DNA of 64,000 bases from NCBI GenBank assembly GCA_965652295.1, contig CBFGTS010000013.1:51258-115257 (forward strand), written 5' to 3'. The position numbers and the translations under genes were made by a program. Below, one piece after another: positions 29,544-38,901 of this stretch. This DNA is from an uncultured Haloferula sp. (GTDB lineage: Bacteria; Verrucomicrobiota; Verrucomicrobiia; Verrucomicrobiales; Akkermansiaceae). Within the stretch, counting starts at the first letter, position 1, and the number at the start of each line of letters is the position of its first letter. The notes under the pieces are model-generated. The model was not told where the DNA came from. It searched no databases and saw only the letters and a program-made list of their open reading frames with translations.

Positions 29544-30992
29544 ATGCGGCACCTGTTCCCCGTTCTTCTCAGCTTTTTCATCGCCGCCGCTGCGCTGGCC
29601 CAGGACGGAGCCCAGCTCTACACTCTCTATTGCAGCGCCTGTCACGGGGCCGAGGGCGAGGGGGCGGGCGACGGGACCTTCCCTCCTCTGGCACACAGTC
29701 CCTGGGTGACGGGAGCACCTGATCGGGCGATCAAAATCGTCCTCCAGGGCCTTCACGGACCCATCACCGTCAAAGGCAAGACCTACGATCTCGAGATGCC
29801 GCCGCAAGGGGCGATGCTGCCCGACGACCAGGTTGCCGCCATCCTCAGCTACGTCAGGACTTCGTGGGGAAACCAGGGGGAGAAAGTCGAAACCGCCTCG
29901 GTCTCGAATCTGCGTGCTGCCACCAGCTCGCGGAAGGGCCCTTGGACGGCGGAGGAACTTCTGAAGATGCATCCCCTGCCGCTCGAAAAGACGGCTCTGT
30001 CCGACATTATTTCCCGGAGCTTTCCCGGTCGATGGAATGAGATGCCGGATTTCTCGAAGCTGACGCCGGCCAATGTCGAGGAGGAGCATGATGGCATCCT
30101 CGATGTCAGCGACGCACCTTTCGAGAACCACTTTGCCATCCACTGGGACGGGCGGTTCCATGCTCCACAGGATGGCGATTACGAATTCCTCGTCGATGCC
30201 GACGATGCCGCCACCGTCTGGCTGGAAGGCAAGGTGGTGGTTTCCGTCGTCGGGACCGGGAAGATGGACGGCTCACGGGCCAAACTGGGCAAGGTGTCTC
30301 TAACAAGAGGAGCGCACCCGATCCAAGTTGGCTTTCTCGAAGTCGCCGGGGAACAGACCCTCGCCCTCGGGTGGCGACTCGCGGGAGACACGGATTTCCA
30401 CTGGCTCTCCGCCCGGCGATCGACGCTGGGCCGCCACAGTGTCTCGATTCCGGTCATGCCCGAAAGCGGCCGACCCGTGATCTACCGCAACTTCATCGAT
30501 GGTACGAGCCCACGCGCGATCGGTGTCGGCTTTCCTGAAGGGCTGAATCTCGCGTGGTCGGCGGACCACCTCACTCCGGAGCTCTTGTGGACCGGCGACT
30601 TCATCGACGGTGCCCCGAAGTGGCTTGATCGGGGGACGCGGCCCTCTCCACCCGCCGGATCGAATGTTACCAAGCTGGTCTCAGAGCGCTTCCTCTCCGA
30701 GGAAGCCAGGTTCCGCGGCTACAAGCTGGACGAGCATGGCAACCCGACCTTCGTCGTCACCCTGGGCAGCCAGACTCTCCACGATTCGTGGCGCGCCGGA
30801 GCCACCAAGAACGGGCATCCCTGCCTCGTCCGGACTCTCCTTCTCAGCGGCGGCGCCGGGACCCTCCGGGTTCCCTTGGGCGACTTCGACGCGATCGAAT
30901 CCGAAGCCCCGACCACTCGCGACAACGGAATGCAGGTCGCGATCCTCGAGCCCGGCGCTTCGTCCACCCATTTCTACATTTTCGCCCCCTGA
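29544..30992 (+). CDS. secreted cytochrome c + PA14-domain protein
   Basis: signal peptide, CSACH haem motif, distal MPP, PA14-like segment (W.G.F.AP.DG.Y.F..ADD). Confidence 0.8.
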   Translation: MRHLFPVLLSFFIAAAALAQDGAQLYTLYCSACHGAEGEGAGDGTFPPLAHSPWVTGAPDRAIKIVLQGLHGPITVKGKTYDLEMPPQGAMLPDDQVAAILSYVRTSWGNQGEKVETASVSNLRAATSSRKGPWTAEELLKMHPLPLEKTALSDIISRSFPGRWNEMPDFSKLTPANVEEEHDGILDVSDAPFENHFAIHWDGRFHAPQDGDYEFLVDADDAATVWLEGKVVVSVVGTGKMDGSRAKLGKVSLTRGAHPIQVGFLEVAGEQTLALGWRLAGDTDFHWLSARRSTLGRHSVSIPVMPESGRPVIYRNFIDGTSPRAIGVGFPEGLNLAWSADHLTPELLWTGDFIDGAPKWLDRGTRPSPPAGSNVTKLVSERFLSEEARFRGYKLDEHGNPTFVVTLGSQTLHDSWRAGATKNGHPCLVRTLLLSGGAGTLRVPLGDFDAIESEAPTTRDNGMQVAILEPGASSTHFYIFAP

Positions 30993-30999
30993 TCTACTC

Positions 31000-32448
31000 A
31001 TGCATCCCTGTGTCCTGCTCTCCTTCGCGGCCGCCAGCCTGTTCACGACCGTTTGCCAGTCCGCGACCCAGTCGGACTTCTATCTCCGGGAGGAGATCCC
31101 CCTCCCTCCCGATGAGGTGATGGAGATCGGCTCGATCGCCCTGATGCCCCAGCAAATGGTGGCAGTCGCTACCCGCCGTGGAGACATTTGGATCTGCGAT
31201 GGCGCCTATGGTGAGGATCTTTCACAGGTGAAATGGCACAAGTTCGCCCGCAACCTCCACGAGCCTCTGGGGATGTTCTGGAAAGACGGGTCGCTCTGGC
31301 TCACCCAGCGCCCCGAAGTCACGCGCATCACGGACACCGATCACGATGGCCAGGCCGATCGGTTCGAGACCTTCTCGTCGGCATGGGGCATTTCCGGCGA
31401 CTACCACGAGTATGCCTTCGGAAGCACGCCCGACAAGGAGGGCAACATCTGGGTGGCGCTCTGCCTGACGGGTTCGTTCACCTCGGAGGTCCCGTGGCGG
31501 GGATGGTGCGTCCGGATCACGCCCGGCGGGGAAATGATCCCGACCTGCTCCGGCCTGCGCTCGCCGGGCGGCATCGGCTTCAATGCAGCCGGCGATTGTT
31601 TTTACACCGACAACCAGGGCACCTGGAATGGTTCATCATCGCTGAAGTGGCTCAAACCCGGCAGCTTCCAAGGGAACCCGGTGGGCAACAAATGGCACGA
31701 GCTCGCCGACCTGCCGAAGCCTCCCGAGCCAAAGGACAAGTCGAGAATTCTCAGTCAGCGGAAGCGATTCCCCGATTTCATCCCGCCCGCCGTCATTCTT
31801 CCCCACGGCAAGGTCGGCCAATCGCCCACGGCCGTCATCCATGACGACACCGGAGGCAGATTCGGACCTTTCACCGGCCAGATGCTGATCGGCGAGCAGA
31901 CCCATTCCCAGGTCCAGCGGGTCTGCCTGGAGAAAGTCAACGGCCTCTATCAAGGTGCCGTGTTTCATTTCCTCGACGGCTTCGAGTGCGGCATCGTGCC
32001 CATGCGCCTCGCCGCCGGCGGCACCCTTTTCGTCGGCGGCACCAACCGCGGATGGGCCTCGCGGGGCTCGAAGCCCTTCACCTTCGAGCGGGTCCGCTGG
32101 ACCGGCAAGGTGCCCTTCGAGATCCACACGATGTCCGCCACCCCGGATGGCTTCGAGTTGACTTTCACTCAACCGGTGGACCGCACCCTGGCGACCGATC
32201 CCGCCTCCTACTCGATGGATGCCTGGACGTACATCCATCAGAGCGAATATGGCTCTCCCGAAGTCGACCCAGCCACGCCACAGATCGAGGCGGCGACCGT
32301 TTCTCCCGACAACCTCAAGGTGCGTCTCACCATCGATGATCTGGTTCAGGGGCACGTCCATCACCTCGACGCAAGCAAGCTGAAATCCGCCGCCGCCGAG
32401 CCACTCTGGCACCCGGAGGCGTGGTACACCTTGAACGAAATCCCGTAG
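31000..32448 (+). CDS. secreted beta-propeller protein (sugar dehydrogenase-like fold, PVC type)
   Basis: signal peptide; LHEPLG, DTDHDGQAD, GLRSPGG, DNQG repeats; function unassigned. Confidence 0.65.
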   Translation: MHPCVLLSFAAASLFTTVCQSATQSDFYLREEIPLPPDEVMEIGSIALMPQQMVAVATRRGDIWICDGAYGEDLSQVKWHKFARNLHEPLGMFWKDGSLWLTQRPEVTRITDTDHDGQADRFETFSSAWGISGDYHEYAFGSTPDKEGNIWVALCLTGSFTSEVPWRGWCVRITPGGEMIPTCSGLRSPGGIGFNAAGDCFYTDNQGTWNGSSSLKWLKPGSFQGNPVGNKWHELADLPKPPEPKDKSRILSQRKRFPDFIPPAVILPHGKVGQSPTAVIHDDTGGRFGPFTGQMLIGEQTHSQVQRVCLEKVNGLYQGAVFHFLDGFECGIVPMRLAAGGTLFVGGTNRGWASRGSKPFTFERVRWTGKVPFEIHTMSATPDGFELTFTQPVDRTLATDPASYSMDAWTYIHQSEYGSPEVDPATPQIEAATVSPDNLKVRLTIDDLVQGHVHHLDASKLKSAAAEPLWHPEAWYTLNEIP

Positions 32449-32499
32449 GAGCCTCAGGCGCGTATCTCCCGTAGCACTACGAAGCCCCTTCCTCCATCA

Positions 32500-34071
32500 T
32501 CACTCGTCCCCGTCGGGCGAAACCCGGAAGTAGGCAAAGTCCGCCGCACCTCCCGCTTCTTCGGTGGCGAAGTTGAACAGGCCGAACCGATAGCCCATGA
32601 AATGGCTCAGCCTGTAGGACATCTTGAGCGGCTGTCCGATCTCCTGCCATTCCTTGCCATCAAGGCTGTAGAAAAAGCGGGCGATGTCCGCCTGCTCGCG
32701 GAAGTCACAGTCCGTCCGAAGAAAAATCGTCTTCTGCTCCAAAGGCACCCGTTCGAGCTCCACGGGCGACCCCGATACGGCGCTGACCATCACGACTGCC
32801 AGAGCGCCTTCCTCGCGTTTCACGCCGGCCAGTCCGTAGTGTTCCTGCAAGAGTCCGAGGCCTGCAAAGTCACCGTCCCTGAGGCGGGAGAGATCGATCG
32901 CCGTCGCCCCCGAACACTCCGGCCCGAAGGTCCGCTGGGTAAGCGTGTTGCGGGCCGAGAGGAAATCCTTGTCCACCCGTCCAGTGGTGATGCGCAGGAA
33001 ACCGGGTCGCTCCGTAAGCGACCAATGTTCATCATCCGGATTGTGGTTCCACTGCCATACCAAGGGCAGGGGACGGTCGCCCCGCTTCCTCTCAAACTCA
33101 TCCGAGGCAACGATGCCGGGACGGAGTCCCATGCTGGGAGGTAACTCCCCGAGTTCCTCAGGGGCTTCGCCCTTCTCACCCAATACCGGCCAACCGTCCT
33201 CCCACTTCACGGGAACCAGCCATGGAGCGCGACCGACGGCACCCGTGTCGCGGAACAGGTAGGCATACCATTTCCCCTCCGGCGTGTCGATGAGCCCACC
33301 CTGGGCCACCCCCTTGTCCTGTAAAGCCACACGGCCCTCCCATGGACCGGTGATCTTGTCGGCACGGTGGATCAGCACCGAGCGCATCCACCGGCTTTGG
33401 GGCGACGCGATGTGGAAAAGATAGTATTTCCCATCGACCTTGAACAACTGTGAGCCCTCCGCACTGAGCCCACCCGCTTCGTCCTCGCCGAACAGCAGGT
33501 TGGCGTTTTCGATGATCACCTTGTCCACCCCGCCCGACTTGACGCCGGAGACATCGGACATCAGCTCGGTGAGCATGATTCTTCGTCCTCCATGCACCAT
33601 GTAGACCCGTCCATCGTCGTCGAAAAACAACGAGTGATCGTGCATCTTGGGCTTGAAAGACGACGCCTTCCACGGGCCTTTCTCCAGATCCTTGGTCGTG
33701 TAGACGTGGTTCTCCCCGGTGGAGTTCGAGAACGTCGCGACGTAGTAGGTGCCATCGTGAAAACGCAGGCTGCTTGCCCATGAGCCACGCCCGTAATCAC
33801 TCCTCCCCTTCCTGAGGTTGAGTTCGTCACTATCCTTCAGCGTTCCGTAGGCGTAGTTCACGATCTTCCAGTTCACCAAATCAGTGGACTTCATGATCGG
33901 CACTCCCGGCGCCATGTGCATGGTGGTACTACTCATGTAATAGTTCCGACCGACGCGAATCATCGAAACGTCCGGCACATCCGCCCAGATGATCGGATTG
34001 ATGGCGCTTTCAGCTGCAATGGTCAGGCTGGTGACGAGGAAAAACCGGAGATGGAATCGAAGGAGTCTCAT
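32500..34071 (-). CDS. secreted GH43 beta-xylosidase/arabinofuranosidase
   Basis: NPIIWADVPD, SSTTMH, WAS, HDHSL, EGS; C-terminal HFMGYRFGLFN domain. Confidence 0.88.
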   Translation of the reverse strand: MRLLRFHLRFFLVTSLTIAAESAINPIIWADVPDVSMIRVGRNYYMSSTTMHMAPGVPIMKSTDLVNWKIVNYAYGTLKDSDELNLRKGRSDYGRGSWASSLRFHDGTYYVATFSNSTGENHVYTTKDLEKGPWKASSFKPKMHDHSLFFDDDGRVYMVHGGRRIMLTELMSDVSGVKSGGVDKVIIENANLLFGEDEAGGLSAEGSQLFKVDGKYYLFHIASPQSRWMRSVLIHRADKITGPWEGRVALQDKGVAQGGLIDTPEGKWYAYLFRDTGAVGRAPWLVPVKWEDGWPVLGEKGEAPEELGELPPSMGLRPGIVASDEFERKRGDRPLPLVWQWNHNPDDEHWSLTERPGFLRITTGRVDKDFLSARNTLTQRTFGPECSGATAIDLSRLRDGDFAGLGLLQEHYGLAGVKREEGALAVVMVSAVSGSPVELERVPLEQKTIFLRTDCDFREQADIARFFYSLDGKEWQEIGQPLKMSYRLSHFMGYRFGLFNFATEEAGGAADFAYFRVSPDGDE

Positions 34072-34104
34072 GATGATCGCGCTGGGTGGTTCCAAGGGAG
34101 CCGC

Positions 34105-35454
34105 TTACTGGAAAACCCAGAAGTCCACGTTCATCAGCTGACCTTCGCCGCCTCTGAACACCAGACAGAGGTCCTGGACCCCCACCCCGCCACTGACGTC
34201 GCACAAGGCATTCTTCCACTCCTGCCACCCGCCGGTGCCGGGAACCTCGCAGGTCCCCATCAAATCGCCTTCCGGTCCGCCCAGCCGGATCTCGATCTGT
34301 CCGCCCTGGGTTTCACTGGCGACCTTGGCGGCGAAGCGCTTCGCGCCGACCTTGCCGAAATCCACTCCCTTGATCGTCACCCAGTCGCCATCTTTGATCG
34401 ACGACAACGCCATCCCGCCCTCCGAGCTCGCTTCGGTCTCGATTCCCTTCTGGGCGGCAAAGGTCTCGCCCTCCACCCGTTTGAACGGATTCACATGGCC
34501 GAGCTGCTTCACTCCATCCTTGGTGTATTCGACCTGCTTGATGCTGCCATCGGCCTCATAAGTGAACTCCTCGATCGCCAGATTGCGTCGGAAACCCGTG
34601 GGGATGCCGGCCTCGGTGGCCACGATGCGATTGTGGTAGACGTGATACCAATGCCCCTTGAACTCGAACTCCGCCGCGTGGTTGTTGTTGTTGTTGAGCG
34701 GCGGCTGCGCGGCCACGATCCCCGCGTACTCAAACTCCAGCGGACTGTCGCCGGTCATGTAGTCGATCCGCATTTCTGCCTTCGGTGTCGTTGAGTAGGA
34801 GAAATAATATCTCCCGTCCCGTCTCCAGACCCATGCCGCTTCGAAGAAATTCGGTGCGTGCAACTTGATGACATCGCCGTCGATCGTGACCATGTCCTCC
34901 TTCAGCTTCGCCACCCGGACATTGTCGTCCCCGTTCCCACCGAAGTAGATGTATGCCTGCCCGTCGTCATCGATGAAAACCCCGGGATCGAACAGCCACA
35001 TGTTCTCCGCCGGCTGGACGCCCGGAGTGCCATGCTCGATGAGGGGCTTGCCCAGGACGTCCTCGAACGGTCCGGCAGGGTCCTCCGCCACCACCACACC
35101 GATGTTGCCGCCGCCATTGCCGAAATAGAGGTAGAATTTCCCGTTTCGCTCGATCGCCGCCGGCGCCCACGTCTTCTTCGCCCACTCCGTCGAGTCTTCG
35201 GCCCGGAAGACCGACCCATGGTCGGTCCAGTTCTTCATGTCGGCGCTGGAAACGCAGACGACATTGGGAATGTTGTAGCTGCCCTCGACCGGGCTTTCGT
35301 CGTCATTCGAGCAGTAGATGTACACCCGGTCCTTCGTCACCAAGGGGCTTGGATCCGCGAGGTAGCGATGAGAAGCGATGGGGTAGTCGGCCCATGCGAA
35401 AGTGGCACTGGCACCCAGCAGGACGAGGGGAACGGATACGGTGGTGGTGTTCAT
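34105..35454 (-). CDS. GH43 + CBM6 (arabinoxylan arabinofuranohydrolase-like)
   Basis: ADP, WAP, FDPGVF, FFEA, NNH; C-terminal CBM6-like NPFKRVEGET..TGGWQEW. Confidence 0.87.
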   Translation of the reverse strand: MNTTTVSVPLVLLGASATFAWADYPIASHRYLADPSPLVTKDRVYIYCSNDDESPVEGSYNIPNVVCVSSADMKNWTDHGSVFRAEDSTEWAKKTWAPAAIERNGKFYLYFGNGGGNIGVVVAEDPAGPFEDVLGKPLIEHGTPGVQPAENMWLFDPGVFIDDDGQAYIYFGGNGDDNVRVAKLKEDMVTIDGDVIKLHAPNFFEAAWVWRRDGRYYFSYSTTPKAEMRIDYMTGDSPLEFEYAGIVAAQPPLNNNNNHAAEFEFKGHWYHVYHNRIVATEAGIPTGFRRNLAIEEFTYEADGSIKQVEYTKDGVKQLGHVNPFKRVEGETFAAQKGIETEASSEGGMALSSIKDGDWVTIKGVDFGKVGAKRFAAKVASETQGGQIEIRLGGPEGDLMGTCEVPGTGGWQEWKNALCDVSGGVGVQDLCLVFRGGEGQLMNVDFWVFQ

Positions 35455-35500
35455 GGCAGGTGGGATGGAGGCACGGGCCCGAAGCGGGCCGCGAGACTGG

Positions 35501-35513
35501 ATTAAACGCTTCA
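35501..35513. promoter_or_regulatory. LacI-type operator
   Basis: ATTAAACGCTTCA upstream of the GH43-CBM6/GH43 unit. Confidence 0.65.
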
Positions 35514-35716
35514 TCCGACGTCGAATTTGCAAGCAATCGAAAACATGTCACGGAAAAATTCCGTCTTTAGCGCGCGCCGCGGAGCCCCTGCAATTTTTCC
35601 AAGAGCCACCTGAATGGAAACTCCAAGGAGGCGGGGACGGCTCCGCCTTCACGACGTTTATTCTTTCAACGCCCTGGTCGGCTTGGCTCCCCGGAATCCA
35701 CAACCGTCCGTTCGCA

Positions 35717-35779
35717 ACGCTTTCTACCGCAACAGCGACCTGATCCAGACGGACCACTACGCCCAAACCGTCGACGTGA
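35717..35779 (+). pseudogene. remnant of a GH51 gene
   Basis: 55/63 nt identical to 47105-47167; reads AFYRNSDLIQTDHYAQTVDV vs AFYRNSDLIQMAHYAQTVNV. Confidence 0.8.
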
Positions 35780-35834
35780 CCCCTTCGAGGAAAGAGTGCC
35801 TCCACCCTGATGGCGGAGGCACTCCACTTACCCA

Positions 35835-38807
35835 TCAACGCAGTGCCGCAAATGCCGACACTGCCCCAGAGAATCCGGACTGGAAAAACTCGCGACCCGT
35901 GAATCCGGCCTTGCCAACCGCGTAGTCCTGCAAGGTCAGCCAACCCTCCAGATCGCCACTTCCCGCGACCTGAAAATAATTTGAACCAGCGTTGGCGTCG
36001 TTCGCATTTCCCGGGGCATCCTCGGCGGGATAATAGAAGTTCAGGACATTTCCCCCATAGACCGAGGTGGTGACCACCTCGTTGGCATCGGCGATGAAAT
36101 CGGCAACGGTTGGATACTCACCCAGATTCCCCTCGCCACGCGAGCTACTACTCCCTCCGTAGACCACATAGACTCCGCCGGTGGCAACATCGTAGCTGAT
36201 CCCGTGCAGCTCGTCCGCGCCGTAGGCACCATTCGAGGCAACCGTCGGGCTGCCGCCCTTGATCCAGCTCTGGATGCTCGTCCATTCGTGGACATCTCCG
36301 TCCGCCGTGACGCCATAAACCTGGCCGCCCGCCATTTGCGTGAACCCCTGATAGCTCCCGTAGCCGGGAACCGTGGCTGCGATGACTCCGCCATCCAGGC
36401 TATTCCCCACAGCCGGCGTGCCACCCGCACCAATGCCCGTGAAGACCCGGATCTCGCCGGAGGAACTCACGAAATACACCGGGTTGATGTTCATTTCGGC
36501 GAAGCCGCCGATCAGGCCGCCGAATCCAGCCTGGAGAAACTCACGCCCTCCGGCGGCAGGCTTGTTCACGGTGTAGTCTTCCAAGGTCAGCCACCCTTCC
36601 AGAATGCCATTGCCGGCGACCTGGAAGAAGTTCGAGCCGGCATTGGCCGCATTGGCGTTCCCTGGGGCGTCCTCCTGGGGATAGTAGAAGTTCAGGATGT
36701 TGCCACCATAGGTCGAGGCGGTGACGACGGGATTCGCGTCGTTGATGAAGTCCGTGATCGTCGCATATTCGCCGAGGTCGCCATCGCCGCGCGCGCTGTG
36801 ATCTCCTTCATAGATCACGTAAACCCCGCCGGTGATGCCGTTGTAGCTGAGGCCGTGCAGCTCGCCCGCATTGTAGGCTCCGGTCGATGCCGTCACCGGA
36901 GTGAGTCCGTCGAGCCAGTCCTGCAGAGTCGCCCATTCGTGGACGTCACCATTTCCGGCCACGCCGTAGACCTCACCGCCGGGCATCTGGGTGAATCCCT
37001 GGTATCCCCCGTAGGCGGCCACGGTGGCGACCGTCTCGCCGCCGGCAAAACCGAAACCTACCAGAGGAAAATCTCCGGCCGCGACTCCACTGAACCGGCG
37101 AATCTCTCCACCGGAAGACACCAGATAGACCGGCGCGCCCTGCGATCCCACGCCGGCAGGCAGCGGAGCTTGAAAGAACGCTCGCTCCTCGTAACCGGCG
37201 GGCAGGGAGATATCGAGGAAGTGCAGGGTGCCGAAATCGACCTCGGCGTCGCGCGCCTCGAATGCGACCGGCTGCCAGTCCTTCAGGTCCGTGGAGATCT
37301 CCGGCGGCAGCCATTCCCCCGGCGCGCTGTCCCAGAACAGGCGCACCGAATCCACTCCCACGACACCGGTTTCAGTCGAGGAAATCCCTGCCTTCGGGTC
37401 ATCGTGCTGCCCGAGAACCGCCTCGCGATACCATGCCAGGAGACGCTCCTCCATCGACGCGATCATTGCCGCATGCGCAGGCTCGTCGATCAGGTTCCCG
37501 TTGTCGCTCTCCTCGCGGTTGGTCGTCATGTCGAACAGACGGCGATTCGAGCCATCCGGGTCGCGCAGCAGTTTGAAATTCCCCTCGCGCATCGCCAGTT
37601 TCGGCCCTTGCGCCGTGATGTTCGGATTCGTCGAAAACTCCCAGAACTGGGCGGTTCTTCGCGCCCGTGTGGCACCGAGAAACACGTCATGCATGTTCTC
37701 GCCCACCAGCGGTGCGTCCGGCAGCGGCAGCCCGGCCATCGAGCAGTAGGTGGGAAAAAGATCGAGCGTCGAAACCGCGGTGGTCGTGTTCACCACGCCC
37801 GCCGGCACCGTCCCCGGCATGCGAATCATAAAAGGGTTGCGCAGGCCACCTTCCCAAAGGCTTTTCTTGCCGCCGCGTAGTCCGCCATTGCGGTTGAGAA
37901 GCGTTTCGATCGCATCGTCCGGCGCGCCGTTGTCGCCGACCACCACGATCAGCGTTTCCTCGGCCACGCCCAGGGCGTCGATCGCATCGACCAGTCGTCC
38001 GATCTCCTTGTCCAGCTCGTGCAGCTCGGAAAGGAACAGCTTGCCGTTGGCATTAGTCGTGATGTGGTCGAAGTCGTTCACCTTTTCCGGATCCGTATCG
38101 TAGGGGGAGTGCGTGTCGTCGTGCGGCACATGCACATAGAAGGGCTTGTCGTCATTCACCGCGCGGGTGATGAAATCAATCGCCGCATCGGTGTGCCGGT
38201 CGGCTCCGAGCTCCCATTCGACCCACTCGATCGATCCCGGCACGTCGGCATTCTGCTGGGAAAGCCCGTGCACATTTCCATCATCGAGATAGAGGATACG
38301 GTCTCCCATCCCCTCGAAGGAAGTCAGCGATTCATCAAATCCATAGTCCTGGATGAAGGGCGCGTTGTTCACGTCGCGACCACCGCCCATGTGCCATTTC
38401 CCGAACATTCCGGTGGCATATCCCGCCCGCTGGAACCAGCGCGAGGACGTCACCGTGTGCTCGTCCAGCCAGTCGTTCATGTTGCGGTTGTCGTTCTCGC
38501 CCTTGCCGCTGAGAAAGTCGTGGATGGCGAAACGGCAAGGCTCGATCCCCGTAAGCACCCCCACCCGCGAAGGCGAGCAGACCGGCGAGGCCACGTAACC
38601 ATCCGTGAAGCGGATGCCCTGGCCCGCCAGCGAGTCGAGGTTCGGAGTGATCGGATCGCCCGACTTGGTGGTATGCCGGCTGCCGTAGCAGGACATGTCT
38701 CCCCAGCCGATGTCATCAATGAAGATGAAGACGATATTGGGAGCCGCGGTGGCGAAACCGGCAGACATCAACAGGCCGAGGAGAGCCGCGCGAAAAATTG
38801 AAATCAT
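35835..38807 (-). CDS. secreted formylglycine-dependent (S1) sulfatase with two tandem C-terminal domains of unknown function
   Basis: PNIVFIFIDD, CSPSR, GKWHMG, DNG, K.SLWEGG; two ~217-aa repeats after the catalytic domain. Confidence 0.88.
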   Translation of the reverse strand: MISIFRAALLGLLMSAGFATAAPNIVFIFIDDIGWGDMSCYGSRHTTKSGDPITPNLDSLAGQGIRFTDGYVASPVCSPSRVGVLTGIEPCRFAIHDFLSGKGENDNRNMNDWLDEHTVTSSRWFQRAGYATGMFGKWHMGGGRDVNNAPFIQDYGFDESLTSFEGMGDRILYLDDGNVHGLSQQNADVPGSIEWVEWELGADRHTDAAIDFITRAVNDDKPFYVHVPHDDTHSPYDTDPEKVNDFDHITTNANGKLFLSELHELDKEIGRLVDAIDALGVAEETLIVVVGDNGAPDDAIETLLNRNGGLRGGKKSLWEGGLRNPFMIRMPGTVPAGVVNTTTAVSTLDLFPTYCSMAGLPLPDAPLVGENMHDVFLGATRARRTAQFWEFSTNPNITAQGPKLAMREGNFKLLRDPDGSNRRLFDMTTNREESDNGNLIDEPAHAAMIASMEERLLAWYREAVLGQHDDPKAGISSTETGVVGVDSVRLFWDSAPGEWLPPEISTDLKDWQPVAFEARDAEVDFGTLHFLDISLPAGYEERAFFQAPLPAGVGSQGAPVYLVSSGGEIRRFSGVAAGDFPLVGFGFAGGETVATVAAYGGYQGFTQMPGGEVYGVAGNGDVHEWATLQDWLDGLTPVTASTGAYNAGELHGLSYNGITGGVYVIYEGDHSARGDGDLGEYATITDFINDANPVVTASTYGGNILNFYYPQEDAPGNANAANAGSNFFQVAGNGILEGWLTLEDYTVNKPAAGGREFLQAGFGGLIGGFAEMNINPVYFVSSSGEIRVFTGIGAGGTPAVGNSLDGGVIAATVPGYGSYQGFTQMAGGQVYGVTADGDVHEWTSIQSWIKGGSPTVASNGAYGADELHGISYDVATGGVYVVYGGSSSSRGEGNLGEYPTVADFIADANEVVTTSVYGGNVLNFYYPAEDAPGNANDANAGSNYFQVAGSGDLEGWLTLQDYAVGKAGFTGREFFQSGFSGAVSAFAALR

Positions 38808-38862
38808 GGGTTGAGGCGGGTTGAAAGGAGCGTCTTATCAGGAGACTCCTCCGAAGAAAGAT

Positions 38863-38892
38863 GAGGGTCGGCCCGGGCAAATGCCGACCCTC
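38863..38892 (-). terminator. hairpin after PEP-CTERM gene
   Basis: GAGGGTCGGC / GCCGACCCTC 10-bp stem followed on minus strand by ATCTTTCTT. Confidence 0.5.
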
Positions 38893-38901
38893 GTCGGTCA
38901 T

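Noticed and set aside
35614..35925. 103-aa ORF as a real gene
   Set aside because: Only about 20 codons resemble GH51; the rest overlaps the sulfatase end, so it is treated as a relic
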